A stretch of 64,000 bases of DNA from Balanoglossus misakiensis (Eukaryota; Animalia; Hemichordata): assembly GCA_040954595.2 (NCBI GenBank), contig CM082585.2, positions 7,155,808 through 7,219,807 of the forward strand, given 5' to 3'. Below are positions 1 to 15,000 of the stretch, one piece after another (positions within the stretch are counted from its first letter, which is position 1; each line of letters opens with the position of its first letter). The notes below the pieces were generated by a model. The model had not been told where the DNA came from and ran no database searches. It saw nothing but the letters and a program-made list of their open reading frames with translations. Position numbers and translations under genes: made by a program.

Positions 1-3000
1 TTATCAAAAATTGAAGAAATTTCGAAATTCCGGGAAGTCGAAAAATTGTCATTTCTGGGTGATTTTCATGAGCTATAACCCATGGTTTTTTATCAAAAAT
101 TGAAGAAATTTCGAAATTCCGGGAAGTCGAAAAATTGTCATTTCTGGGTGATTTTCATGAGCTATAACCCATGGTTTTTATCAAAAATCGAAGAAATTTC
201 GAAATTCCGGGAAGTCGAAAAATTGTCATTTCTGGGTGATTTTCATGAGCTATAACCCATGGTTTTTATCAAAAATCGAAGAAATTTCGAAATTCCGGGA
301 AGTCGAAAAATTGTCATTTCTGGGTGATTTTCATGAGCTATAACCCATGGTTTTTATCAAAAATTGAAGAAATTTCGAAATTCCGGGAAGTCGAAAAATT
401 GTCATTTCTGGGTGATTTTCATGAGCTATAACCCATGGTTTTTATCAAAAATTGAAGAAATTTCGAAATTCCGGGAAGACGAAAAATTGTCATTTCTGGG
501 TGATTTTCATGAGCTATAACCCATGGTTTTTATCAAAAATTGAAGAAATTTCGAAATTCCGGGAAGTCGAAAAATTGTCATTTCTGGGTGATTTTCATGA
601 GCTATAACCCATGGTTTTTATCAAAAATTGAAGAAATTTCGAAATTCCGGGAAGTCGAAAAATTGTCATTTCTGGGTGATTTTCATGAGCTATAACCCAT
701 GGTTTTTATCAAAAATTGAAGAAATTTAGAAATTCCGGGAAGTCGAAAAATTGTCATTTCTGGGTGATTTTCATGAGCTATAACCCATGGTTTTTATCAA
801 AAATTGAAGAAATTTCGAAATTCCGGGAAGTCGAAAAATTGTCATTTCTGGGTGATTTTCATGAGCTATAACCCATGGTTTTTATCAAAAATTGAAGAAA
901 TTTCGAAATTCCGGGAAGTCGAAAAATTGTCATTTCTGGGTGATTTTCATGAGCTATAACCCATGGTTTTTATCAAAAATTGAAGAAATTTCGAAATTCC
1001 GGGAAGTCGAAAAATTGTCATTTCTGGGTGATTTTCATGAGCTATAACCCATGGTTTTTATCAAAAATTGAAGAAATTTCGAAATTCCGGGAAGTCGAAA
1101 AATTGTCATTTCTGGGTGATTTTCATGAGCTATAACCCATGGTTTTTATCAAAAATTGAAGAAATTTCGAAATTCCGGGAAGTCGAAAAATTGTCATTTC
1201 TGGGTGATTTTCATGAGCTATAACCCATGGTTTTTATCAAAAATTGAAGAAATTTCGAAATTCCGGGAAGTCGAAAAATTGTCATTTCTGGGTGATTTTC
1301 ATGAGCTATAACCCATGGTTTTTATCAAAAATTGAAGAAATTTCGAAATTCCGGGAAGTCGAAAAATTGTCATTTCTGGGTGATTTTCATGAGCTATAAC
1401 CCATGGTTTTTATCAAAAATTGAAGAAATTTCGAAATTCCGGGAAGACGAAAAATTGTCATTTCTGGGTGATTTTCATGAGCTATAACCCATGGTTTTTA
1501 TCAAAAATTGAAGAAATTTCGAAATTCCGGGAAGTCGAAAAATTGTCATTTCTGGGTGATTTTCATGAGCTATAACCCATGGTTTTTATCAAAAATTGAA
1601 GAAATTTCGAAATTCCGGGAAGTCGAAAAATTGTCATTTCTGGGTGATTTTCATGAGCTATAACCCATGGTTTTTATCAAAAATTGAAGAAATTTCGAAA
1701 TTCCGGGAAGTCGAAAAATTGTCATTTCTGGGTGATTTTCATGAGCTATAACCCATGGTTTTTATCAAAAATTGAAGAAATTTCGAAATTCCGGGAAGTC
1801 GAAAAATTGTCATTTCTGGGTGATTTTCATGAGCTATAACCCATGGTTTTTATCAAAAATTGAAGAAATTTCGAAATTCCGGGAAGTCGAAAAATGGTCA
1901 TTTCTGGGTGATTTTCATGAGCTATAACCCATGGTTTTTATCAAAAATTGAAGAAATTTCGAAATTCCGGGAAGTCGAAAAATTGTCATTTCTGGGTGAT
2001 TTTCATGAGCTATAACCCATGGTTTTTATCAAAAATTGAAGAAATTTCGAAATTCCGGGAAGTCGAAAAATGGTCATTTCTGGGTGATTTTCATGAGCTA
2101 TAACCCATGGTTTTTATCAAAAATTGAAGAAATTTCGAAATTCCGGGAAGTCGAAAAATTGTCATTTCTGGGTGATTTTCATGAGCTATAACCCATGGTT
2201 TTTATCAAAAATTGAAGAAATTTCGAAATTCCGGGAAGTCGAAAAATTGTCATTTCTGGGTGATTTTCATGAGCTATAACCCATGGTTTTTATCAAAAAT
2301 TGAAGAAATTTAGAAATTCCGGGAAGTCGAAAAATTGTCATTTCTGGGTGATTTTCATGAGCTATAACCCATGGTTTTTATCAAAAATTGAAGAAATTTC
2401 GAAATTCCGGGAAGTCGAAAAATTGTCATTTCTGGGTGATTTTCATGAGCTATAACCCATGGTTTTTATCAAAAATTGAAGAAATTTCGAAATTCCGGGA
2501 AGTCGAAAAATTGTCATTTCTGGGTGATTTTCATGAGCTATAACCCATGGTTTTTATCAAAAATTGAAGAAATTTCGAAATTCCGGGAAGTCGAAAAATT
2601 GTCATTTCTGGGTGATTTTCATGAGCTATAACCCATGGTTTTTATCAAAAATTGAAGAAATTTCGAAATTCCGGGAAGTCGAAAAATTGTCATTTCTGGG
2701 TGATTTTCATGAGCTATAACCCATGGTTTTTATCAAAAATTGAAGAAATTTCGAAATTCCGGGAAGTCGAAAAATTGTCATTTCTGGGTGATTTTCATGA
2801 GCTATAACCCATGGTTTTTATCAAAAATTGAAGAAATTTCGAAATTCCGGGAAGTCGAAAAATTGTCATTTCTGGGTGATTTTCATGAGCTATAACCCAT
2901 GGTTTTTATCAAAAATTGAAGAAATTTCGAAATTCCGGGAAGTCGAAAAATTGTCATTTCTGGGTGATTTTCATGAGCTATAACCCATGGTTTTTATCAA

Positions 3001-6000
3001 AAATTGAAGAAATTTCGAAATTCCGGGAAGTCGAAAAATTGTCATTTCTGGGTGATTTTCATGAGCTATAACCCATGGTTTTTATCAAAAATTGAAGAAA
3101 TTTAGAAATTCCGGGAAGTCGAAAAATGGTCATTTCTGGGTGATTTTCATGAGCTATAACCCATGGTTTTTATCAAAAATTGAAGAAATTTAGAAATTCC
3201 GGGAAGTCGAAAAATTGTCATTTCTGGGTGATTTTCATGAGCTATAACCCATGGTTTTTATCAAAAATCGAAGAAATTTCGAAATTCCGGGAAGTCGAAA
3301 AATTGTCATTTCTGGGTGATTTTCATGAGCTATAACCCATGGTTTTTATCAAAAATCGAAGAAATTTCGAAATTCCGGGAAGTCGAAAAATTGTCATTTC
3401 TGGGTGATTTTCATGAGCTATAACCCATGGTTTTTATCAAAAATCGAAGAAATTTCGAAATTCCGGGAAGTCGAAAAATTGTCATTTCTGGGCGATTTTC
3501 ATGAGCTATAACCCATGGTTTTTATCAAAAATTGAAGAAATTTCGAAATTCCGGGAAGTCGAAAAATTGTCATTTCTGGGTGATTTTCATGAGCTATAAC
3601 CCATGGTTTTTATCAAAAATTGAAGAAATTTCGAAATTCCGGGAAGACGAAAAATTGTCATTTCTGGGTGATTTTCATGAGCTATAACCCATGGTTTTTA
3701 TCAAAAATTGAAGAAATTTCGAAATTCCGGGAAGTCGAAAAATTGTCATTTCTGGGTGATTTTCATGAGCTATAACCCATGGTTTTTATCAAAAATTGAA
3801 GAAATTTCGAAATTCCGGGAAGTCGAAAAATTGTCATTTCTGGGTGATTTTCATGAGCTATAACCCATGGTTTTTATCAAAAATTGAAGAAATTTCGAAA
3901 TTCCGGGAAGTCGAAAAATTGTCATTTCTGGGTGATTTTCATGAGCTATAACCCATGGTTTTTATCAAAAATTGAAGAAATTTCGAAATTCCGGGAAGTC
4001 GAAAAATTGTCATTTCTGGGTGATTTTCATGAGCTATAACCCATGGTTTTTATCAAAAATTGAAGAAATTTCGAAATTCCGGGAAGTCGAAAAATTGTCA
4101 TTTCTGGGTGATTTTCATGAGCTATAACCCATGGTTTTTATCAAAAATTGAAGAAATTTCGAAATTCCGGGAAGTCGAAAAATTGTCATTTCTGGGTGAT
4201 TTTCATGAGCTATAACCCATGGTTTTTATCAAAAATTGAAGAAATTTCGAAATTCCGGGAAGTCGAAAAATTGTCATTTCTGGGTGATTTTCATGAGCTA
4301 TAACCCATGGTTTTTATCAAAAATCGAAGAAATTTCGAAATTCCGGGAAGTCGAAAAATTGTCATTTCTGGGTGATTTTCATGAGCTATAACCCATGGTT
4401 TTTATCAAAAATCGAAGAAATTTCGAAATTCCGGGAAGTCGAAAAATTGTCATTTCTGGGCGATTTTCATGAGCTATAACCCATGGTTTTTATCAAAAAT
4501 TGAAGAAATTTCGAAATTCCGGGAAGTCGAAAAATTGTCATTTCTGGGTGATTTTCATGAGCTATAACCCATGGTTTTTATCAAAAATTGAAGAAATTTC
4601 GAAATTCCGGGAAGTCGAAAAATTGTCATTTCTGGGTGATTTTCATGAGCTATAACCCATGGTTTTTATCAAAAATTGAAGAAATTTCGAAATTCCGGGA
4701 AGTCGAAAAATTGTCATTTCTGGGTGATTTTCATGAGCTATAACCCATGGTTTTTATCAAAAATTGAAGAAATTTAGAAATTCCGGGAAGTCGAAAAATT
4801 GTCATTTCTGGGTGATTTTCATGAGCTATAACCCATGGTTTTTATCAAAAATTGAAGAAATTTAGAAATTCCGGGAAGTCGAAAAATTGTCATTTCTGGG
4901 TGATTTTCATGAGCTATAACCCATGGTTTTTATCAAAAATTGAAGAAATTTCGAAATTCCGGGAAGTCGAAAAATGGTCATTTCTGGGTGATTTTCATGA
5001 GCTATAACCCATGGTTTTTATCAAAAATTGAAGAAATTTCGAAATTCCGGGAAGTCGAAAAATGGTCATTTCTGGGTGATTTTCATGAGCTATAACCCAT
5101 GGTTTTTATCAAAAATCGAAGAAATTTAGAAATTCCGGGAAGTCGAAAAATTGTCATTTCTGGGTGATTTTCATGAGCTATAACCCATGGTTTTTATCAA
5201 AAATCGAAGAAATTTCGAAATTCCGGGAAGTCGAAAAATTGTCATTTCTGGGTGATTTTCATGAGCTATAACCCATGGTTTTTATCAAAAATCGAAGAAA
5301 TTTCGAAATTCCGGGAAGTCGAAAAATTGTCATTTCTGGGTGATTTTCATGAGCTATAACCCATGGTTTTTATCAAAAATCGAAGAAATTTCGAAATTCC
5401 GGGAAGTCGAAAAATTGTCATTTCTGGGCGATTTTCATGAGCTATAACCCATGGTTTTTATCAAAAATTGAAGAAATTTCGAAATTCCGGGAAGTCGAAA
5501 AATTGTCATTTCTGGGTGATTTTCATGAGCTATAACCCATGGTTTTTATCAAAAATTGAAGAAATTTCGAAATTCCGGGAAGACGAAAAATTGTCATTTC
5601 TGGGTGATTTTCATGAGCTATAACCCATGGTTTTTATCAAAAATTGAAGAAATTTCGAAATTCCGGGAAGTCGAAAAATTGTCATTTCTGGGTGATTTTC
5701 ATGAGCTATAACCCATGGTTTTTATCAAAAATTGAAGAAATTTCGAAATTCCGGGAAGTCGAAAAATTGTCATTTCTGGGTGATTTTCATGAGCTATAAC
5801 CCATGGTTTTTATCAAAAATTGAAGAAATTTCGAAATTCCGGGAAGTCGAAAAATTGTCATTTCTGGGTGATTTTCATGAGCTATAACCCATGGTTTTTA
5901 TCAAAAATTGAAGAAATTTCGAAATTCCGGGAAGTCGAAAAATTGTCATTTCTGGGTGATTTTCATGAGCTATAACCCATGGTTTTTATCAAAAATTGAA

Positions 6001-9000
6001 GAAATTTCGAAATTCCGGGAAGTCGAAAAATTGTCATTTCTGGGTGATTTTCATGAGCTATAACCCATGGTTTTTATCAAAAATTGAAGAAATTTCGAAA
6101 TTCCGGGAAGTCGAAAAATTGTCATTTCTGGGTGATTTTCATGAGCTATAACCCATGGTTTTTATCAAAAATTGAAGAAATTTCGAAATTCCGGGAAGTC
6201 GAAAAATTGTCATTTCTGGGTGATTTTCATGAGCTATAACCCATGGTTTTTATCAAAAATCGAAGAAATTTCGAAATTCCGGGAAGTCGAAAAATTGTCA
6301 TTTCTGGGTGATTTTCATGAGCTATAACCCATGGTTTTTATCAAAAATCGAAGAAATTTCGAAATTCCGGGAAGTCGAAAAATTGTCATTTCTGGGCGAT
6401 TTTCATGAGCTATAACCCATGGTTTTTATCAAAAATTGAAGAAATTTCGAAATTCCGGGAAGTCGAAAAATTGTCATTTCTGGGTGATTTTCATGAGCTA
6501 TAACCCATGGTTTTTATCAAAAATTGAAGAAATTTCGAAATTCCGGGAAGTCGAAAAATTGTCATTTCTGGGTGATTTTCATGAGCTATAACCCATGGTT
6601 TTTATCAAAAATTGAAGAAATTTAGAAATTCCGGGAAGTCGAAAAATTGTCATTTCTGGGTGATTTTCATGAGCTATAACCCATGGTTTTTATCAAAAAT
6701 TGAAGAAATTTCGAAATTCCGGGAAGTCGAAAAATTGTCATTTCTGGGTGATTTTCATGAGCTATAACCCATGGTTTTTATCAAAAATTGAAGAAATTTC
6801 GAAATTCCGGGAAGTCGAAAAATTGTCATTTCTGGGTGATTTTCATGAGCTATAACCCATGGTTTTTATCAAAAATTGAAGAAATTTCGAAATTCCGGGG
6901 AAGTCGAAAAAATTGTCATTTCTGGGTGATTTTCATGAGCTATAACCATGGTTTTTATCAAAAATTGAAGAAATTTTCGAAATTCCGGGAAGTCGAAAAA
7001 TTGTCATTTCTGGGTGATTTTCATGAGCTATAACCCATGGTTTTTATCAAAAATCGAAGAAATTTCGAAATTCCGGGAAGTCGAAAAATTGTCATTTCTG
7101 GGTGATTTTCATGAGCTATAACCCATGGTTTTTATCAAAAATCGAAGAAATTTCGAAATTCCGGGAAGTCGAAAAAATGTCATTTCTGGGCGATTTTCAT
7201 GAGCTATAACCCATGGTTTTTATCAAAAATTGAAGAAATTTCGAAATTCCGGGAAGTCGAAAAATGGTCATTTCTGGGTGATTTTCATGAGCTATAACCC
7301 ATGGTTTTTATCAAAAATTGAAGAAATTTCGAAATTCCGGGAAGTCGAAAAATGGTCATTTCTGGGTGATTTTCATGAGCTATAACCCATGGTTTTTATC
7401 AAAAAATGAAGAAATTTCGAAATTCCGGGAAGTCGAAAAATTGTCATTTCTGGGGTGATTTTCATGAGCTATAACCCATGGTTTTTATCAAAAATTGAAG
7501 AAATTTCGAAATCCGGGAAGTCGAAAAATTGTCATTTCTGGGTGATTTTCATGAGCTATAACCCATGGTTTTTATCAAAAATTGAAGAAATTTCGAAATT
7601 CCGGGAAGTCGAAAAATTGTCATTTCTGGGTGATTTTCATGAGCTATAACCCATGGTTTTTATCAAAATTGAAGAAATTTCGAAATTCCGGGAAGTCGAA
7701 AATTGTCATTTCTGGGTGATTTTCATGAGCTATAACCCATGGTTTTTATCAAAAATTGAAGAAATTTCGAAATTCCGGGAAGTCGAAAAATTGTCATTTC
7801 TGGGTGATTTTCATGAGCTATAACCCATGGTTTTTATCAAAAATTGAAGAAATTTCGAAATTCCGGGAAGTCGAAAAATTGTCATTTCTGGGTGATTTTC
7901 ATGAGCTATAACCCATGGTTTTTATCAAAAATCGAAGAAATTTCGAAATTCAGGGAAGTCGAAAATTGTCATTTCTGGGTGATTTTCATGAGCTATAACC
8001 CATGGTTTTTATCAAAAATTGAAGAAATTTCGAAATTCCGGGAAGTCGAAAAATTGTCATTTCTGGGTGATTTTCATGAGCTATAACCCATGGTTTTTAT
8101 CAAAAATTGAAGAAATTTCGAAATTCCGGGAAGTCGAAAAATTGTTCATTTCTGGGTGATTTTCATGAGCTATAACCCATGGTTTTTATCAAAAATTGAA
8201 GAAATTTCGAAATTCCGGGAAGTCGAAAAATGGTCATTTCTGGGTGATTTTCATGAGCTATAACCCATGGTTTTTATCAAAAATTGAAGAAATTTCGAAA
8301 TTCCGGGAAGTCGAAAAATTGTCATTTCTGGGTGATTTTCATGAGCTATAACCCATGGTTTTTATCAAAAATTGAAGAAATTTCGAAATTCCGGGAAGTC
8401 GAAAAATTGTCATTTCTGGGTGATTTTCATGAGCTATAACCCATGGTTTTTATCAAAAATTGAAGAAATTTCGAAATTCCGGGAAGTCGAAAAATTGTCA
8501 TTTCTGGGTGATTTTCATGAGCTATAACCCATGGGTTTTTATCAAAAATTGAAGAAATTTCGAAATTCCGGGGAAGTCGAAAAATTGTCATTTCTGGGTG
8601 ATTTTCATGAGCTATAACCCATGGTTTTTATCAAAAATTGAAGAAATTTCGAAATTCCGGGAAGTCGAAAAATTGTCATTTCTGGGTGATTTTCATGAGC
8701 TATAACCCATGGTTTTTATCAAAAATTGAAGAAATTTCGAATTCCGGGAAGTCGAAAAATTGTCATTTCTGGGTGATTTTCATGAGCTATACCCATGGTT
8801 TTTATCAAAAATTGAAGAAATTTCGAAATTCCGGGAAGTCGAAAAATTGTCATTTCTGGGTGATTTTCATGAGCTATAACCCATGTTTTTTATCAAAAAT
8901 CGAAGAAATTTCGAAATTCCGGGAAGTCGAAAAATTGTCATTTCTGGGTGATTTTCATGAGCTATAACCCATGGTTTTTATCAAAAATCGAAGAAATTTC

Positions 9001-12000
9001 GAAATTCCGGGAAGTCGAAAAATTGTCATTTCTGGGTGATTTTCATGAGCTATAACCCATGGTTTTTATCAAAAATCGAAGAAATTTCGAAATTCCGGGA
9101 AGTCGAAAAATTGTCATTTCTGGGCGATTTTCATGAGCTATAAACCCATGGTTTTTATCAAAAATCGAAGAAATTTCGAAATTCCGGGAAGTCGAAAAAT
9201 TGTCATTTCTGGGCGATTTTTCATGAGCTATAACCCATGGTTTTTATCAAAAATTGAAGAAATTTCGAAATTCCGGGAAGTCGAAAAATTGTCATTTTCT
9301 GGGTGATTTTCATGAGCTATAACCCATGGTTTTTATCAAAAATTGAAGAAATTTCGAAATTCCGGGAAGTCGAAAAATTGTCATTTCTGGGTGATTTTCA
9401 TGAGCTATAACCCATGGTTTTTATCAAAAATTGAAGAAATTTCGAAATTCCGGGAAGTCGAAAAATTGTCATTTCTGGGTGATTTTCATGAGCTATAACC
9501 CATGGTTTTTATCAAAAATTGAAGAAATTTCGAAATTCCGGGAAGTCGAAAAATTGTCATTTCTGGGTGATTTTCATGAGCTATAACCCATGGTTTTTAT
9601 CAAAAATTGAAGAAATTTCGAAATTCCGGGAAGTCGAAAAATTGTCATTTCTGGGTGATTTTCATGAGCTATAACCCATGGTTTTTATCAAAAATTGAAG
9701 AAATTTAGAAAATTCCGGGAAGTCGAAAAATTGTCATTTCTGGGTGATTTTCATGAGCTATAACCCATGGTTTTTATCAAAAATTGAAGAAATTTAGAAA
9801 TTCCGGGAAGTCGAAAAATTGTCATTTCTGGGTGATTTTCATGAGCTATAACCCATGGTTTTTATCAAAAATCGAAGAAATTTAGAAATTCCGGGAAGTC
9901 GAAAAATTGTCATTTCTGGGTGATTTTCATGAGCTATAACCCATGGTTTTTATCAAAAATCGAAGAAATTTCGAAATTCCGGGAAGTCGAAAAATTGTCA
10001 TTTCTGGGTGATTTCATGAGCTATAACCCATGGTTTTTATCAAAAATCTGAAGAAATTTCGAAATTCCGGGAAGTCGAAAAATTGTCATTTCTGGGCGAT
10101 TTTCATGAGCTATAACCCATGGTTTTTATCAAAAATTGAAGAAATTTCGAAATTCCGGGAAGTCGAAAAAATGGTCATTTCTGGGTGATTTTCATGAGCT
10201 ATAACCCATGGTTTTTATCAAAAATTGAAGAAATTTCGAAATTCCGGGAAGTCGAAAAATTGTCATTTCTGGGTGATTTTCATGAGCTATAACCCATGGT
10301 TTTTATCAAAAATTGAAGAAATTTCGAAATTCCGGGAAGTCGAAAATTGTCATTTCTGGGTGATTTTCATGAGCTATAACCCATGGTTTTTATCAAAAAT
10401 TGAAGAAATTTCGAAATTCCGGGAAGTCGAAAAATTGTCATTTCTGGGTGATTTTCATGAGCTATAACCCATGGTTTTTATCAAAAATTGAAGAAATTTC
10501 GAAATTCCGGGAAGTCGAAAAATTGTCATTTCTGGGTGATTTTCATGAGCTATAACCCATGGTTTTTATCAAAAATTGAAGAAATTTCGAAATTCCGGGA
10601 AGTCGAAAAATTGTCATTTCTGGGTGATTTTCATGAGCTATAACCCATGGTTTTTATCAAAAATTGAAGAAATTTCGAAATTCCGGGAAGTCGAAAAATT
10701 GTCATTTCTGGGTGATTTTCATGAGCTATAACCCATGGTTTTTATCAAAAATTGAAGAAATTTCGAAATTCCGGGAAGTCGAAAAATTGTCATTTCTGGG
10801 TGATTTTCATGAGCTATAACCCATGGTTTTTATCAAAAATTGAAGAAATTTCGAAATTCCGGGAAGACGAAAAATTGTCATTTCTGGGTGATTTTCATGA
10901 GCTATAACCCAAGGTTTTTATCAAAAATTTGAAGAAATTTCGAAATTCCGGGAAGTCGAAAAATTGTCATTTCTGGGTGATTTTCATGAGCTATAACCAT
11001 GGTTTTTATCAAAAATTGAAGAAATTTCGAAATTCCCGGGAAGTCGAAAAATTGTCATTTCTGGGTGATTTTCATGAGCTATAACCCATGGTTTTTATCA
11101 AAAATTGAAGAAATTTCGAAATTCCGGGAAGTCGAAAAATTGTCATTTCTGGGTGATTTTCAGTGAGCTATAACCCATGGTTTTTATCAAAAATTGAAGA
11201 AATTTCGAAATTCCGGGAAGTCGAAAAATTGTCATTTCTGGGTGATTTTCATGAGCTATAACCCATGGTTTTTATCAAAAATTGAAGAAATTTCGAATTC
11301 CGGGAAGTCGAAAAATGTCATTTCTGGGTGATTTTCATGAGCTATAACCCATGGTTTTATCAAAAATTGAAGAAATTTCGAAATTCCGGGAAGTCGAAAA
11401 ATTGTCATTTCTGGGTGATTTTCATGAGCTATAACCCATGGTTTTTATCAAAAATTGAAGAAATTTCGAATTCCGGGGAGTCGAAAAATTGTCATTTCTG
11501 GCGATTTTCATGAGCTATAACCCATGGTTTTTTATCAAAAATTGAAGAAATTTCGAAATTCCGGGAAGTCGAAAAATTGTCATTTCTGGGTGATTTTCAT
11601 GAGCTATAACCCATGGTTTTTATCAAAAATTGAAGAAATTTCGAAATTCCGGGAAGTCGAAAAATTGTCATTTTCTGGGTGATTTTCATGAGCTATAACC
11701 CATGGTTTTTATCAAAAATTGAAGAAATTTCGAAATTCCCGGGAAGTCGAAAAATTGTCATTTCTGGGTGATTTTCATGAGCTATAACCCATGGTTTTTA
11801 TCAAAAATTGAAGAAATTTCGAAATTCCGGGAAGTCGAAAAATTGTCATTTCTGGGTGATTTTCATGAGCTATAACCCATGGTTTTTATCAAAAATTGAA
11901 GAAATTTCGAAATTCCGGGAAGTCGAAAAATTGTCATTTCTGGGTGATTTTCATGAGCTATAACCCATGGTTTTTATCAAAAATTGAAGAAATTTCGAAA

Positions 12001-15000
12001 TTCCGGGAAGTCGAAAAATTGTCATTTCTGGGTGATTTTCATGAGCTATAACCCATGGTTTTTATCAAAAATCGAAGAAATTTCGAAATTCCGGTAAGTC
12101 GAAAAAATTGTCATTTCTGGGTGATTTTCATGAGCTATAACCCATGGTTTTTATCAAAAATCGAAGAAATTTCGAAATTCCGGAAGTCGAAAATTGTCAT
12201 TTCTGGGTGATTTTCATGAGCTATAACCCATGGTTTTTATCAAAAATCGAAGAAATTTCGAAAATTCCGGGAAGTCGAAAAATTGTCATTTCTGGGCGAT
12301 TTTCATGAGCTATAACCCATGGTTTTTATCAAAAATTGAAAGAAATTTCGAAATTCCGGGAAGTCGAAAAATTGTCATTTCTGGGTGATTTTCATGAGCT
12401 ATAACCCATGGTTTTTATCAAAAATGAAGAACTTTCGAAATTCCGGGAAGTCGAAAAATTGTCATTTCCTGGGTGATTTTCATGAGCTATAACCCATGGT
12501 TTTTATCAAAAATTGAAGAAATTTCGAAATTCCGGGAAGTCGAAAAATTGTCATTTCTGGGTGATTTTCATGAGCTATAACCCATGGTTTTTATCAAAAA
12601 TTGAAGAAATTTCGAAATTCCGGGAAGTCGAAAAATTGTCATTTCTGGGTGATTTTCATGAGCTATAACCCATGGTTTTTATCAAAAATCGAAGAAATTT
12701 CGAAATTCCGGGAAGTCGAAAAATTGTCATTTCTGGGCGATTTTCATGAGCTATAACCCATGGTTTTTATCAAAAATTGAAGAAATTTCGAAATTCCGGG
12801 AAGTCGAAAAATGGTCATTTCTGGGTGATTTTCATGAGCTATAACCCATGGTTTTTATCAAAATTGAAGAAATTTCGAAATTCCGGGAAGTCGAAAAATT
12901 GTCATTTCTGGGTGATTTTCATGAGCTATAACCCATGGTTTTTATCAAAAATTGAAGAAATTTCGAAATTCCGGGAAGTCGAAAAATTGTCATTTCTGGG
13001 TGATTTTCATGAGCTATAACCCATGGTTTTTATCAAAAATTGAAGAAATTTCGAAATTCCGGGAAGTCGAAAAATTGTCATTTCTGGGTGATTTTCATGA
13101 GCTATAACCCATGGTTTTTATCAAAAATTGAAGAAATTTCGAAATTCCGGGAAGTCGAAAAATTGTCATTTCTGGGTGATTTTCATGAGCTATAACCCAT
13201 GGTTTTTATCAAAAATTGAAGAAATTTCGAAATTCCGGGAAGTCGAAAAATTGTCATTTCTGGGTGATTTTCATGAGCTATAACCCATGGTTTTTATCAA
13301 AAATTGAAGAAATTTCGAAATTCCGGGAAGTCGAAAAATTGTCATTTCTGGGTGATTTTCATGAGCTATAACCCATGGTTTTTATCAAAAATTGAAGAAA
13401 TTTCGAAATTCCGGGAAGTCGAAAAATTGTCATTTCTGGGTGATTTTCATGAGCTATAACCATGGTTTTTATCAAAAATTGAAGAAATTTCGAAATTCCG
13501 GGAAGTCGAAAAATTGTCATTTCTGGGTGATTTTCATGAGCTATAACCCATGGTTTTATCAAAAATTGAAGAAATTTCGAAATTCCGGGAAGACGAAAAA
13601 TTGTCATTTCTGGGTGATTTTCATGAGCTATAACCCATGGTTTTTATCAAAATTGAAGAAATTTCGAAATTCCGGGAAGTCGAAAAATTGTCATTTCTGG
13701 GTGATTTTCATGAGCTATAACCCATGGTTTTTATCAAAAATTGAAGAAATTTCGAAATTCCGGGAAGTCGAAAAATTGTCATTTCTGGGTGATTTTCATG
13801 AGCTATAACCCATGGTTTTTATCAAAAATTGAAGAAATTTCGAAATTCCGGGAAGTCGAAAAATGGTCATTTCTGGGTGATTTTCATGAGCTATAACCCA
13901 TGGTTTTTATCAAAAATTGAAGAAATTTCGAAATTCCGGGAAGTCGAAAAATGGTCATTTCTGGGTGATTTTCATGAGCTATAACCCATGGTTTTTATCA
14001 AAAATTGAAGAAATTTCGAAATTCCGGGAAGTCGAAAAATTGTCATTTCTGGGTGATTTTCATGAGCTATAACCCATGGTTTTTATCAAAAATTGAAGAA
14101 ATTTCGAAATTCCGGAAGTCGAAAAATTGTCATTTCTGGGTGATTTTCATGAGCTATAACCCATGGTTTTTATCAAAAATTGAAGAAATTTCGAAATTCC
14201 GGGAAGTCGAAAAATTGTCATTTCTGGGTGATTTTCATGAGCTATAACCCATGGTTTTTATCAAAAATTGAAGAAATTTCGAAATTCCGGGAAGTCGAAA
14301 AATTGTCATTTCTGGGTGATTTTCATGAGCTATAACCCATGGTTTTTATCAAAAATTGAAGAAATTTCGAAATTCCGGGAAGTCGAAAAATTGTCATTTC
14401 TGGGTGATTTTCATGAGCTATAACCCATGGTTTTTATCAAAAATTGAAGAAATTTCGAAATTCCGGGAAGTCGAAAAATTGTCATTTCTGGGTGATTTTC
14501 ATGAGCTATAACCCATGGTTTTTATCAAAAATTGAAGAAATTTCGAAATTCCGGGAAGTCGAAAAATTGTCATTTCTGGGTGATTTTCATGAGCTATAAC
14601 CCATGGTTTTTATCAAAAATCGAAGAAATTTCGAAATTCCGGGAAGTCGAAAAATTGTCATTTCTGGGTGATTTTCATGAGCTATAACCCATGGTTTTTA
14701 TCAAAAATCGAAGAAATTTCGAAATTCCGGGAAGTCGAAAAATTGTCATTTCTGGGTGATTTTCATGAGCTATAACCCATGGTTTTTATCAAAAATCGAA
14801 GAAATTTCGAAATTCCGGGAAGTCGAAAAATTGTCATTTCTGGGTGATTTTCATGAGCTATAACCCATGGTTTTTATCAAAAATCGAAGAAATTTCGAAA
14901 TTCCGGGAAGTCGAAAAATTGTCATTTCTGGGCGATTTTCATGAGCTATAACCCATGGTTTTTATCAAAAATTGAAGAAATTTCGAAATTCCGGGAAGTC

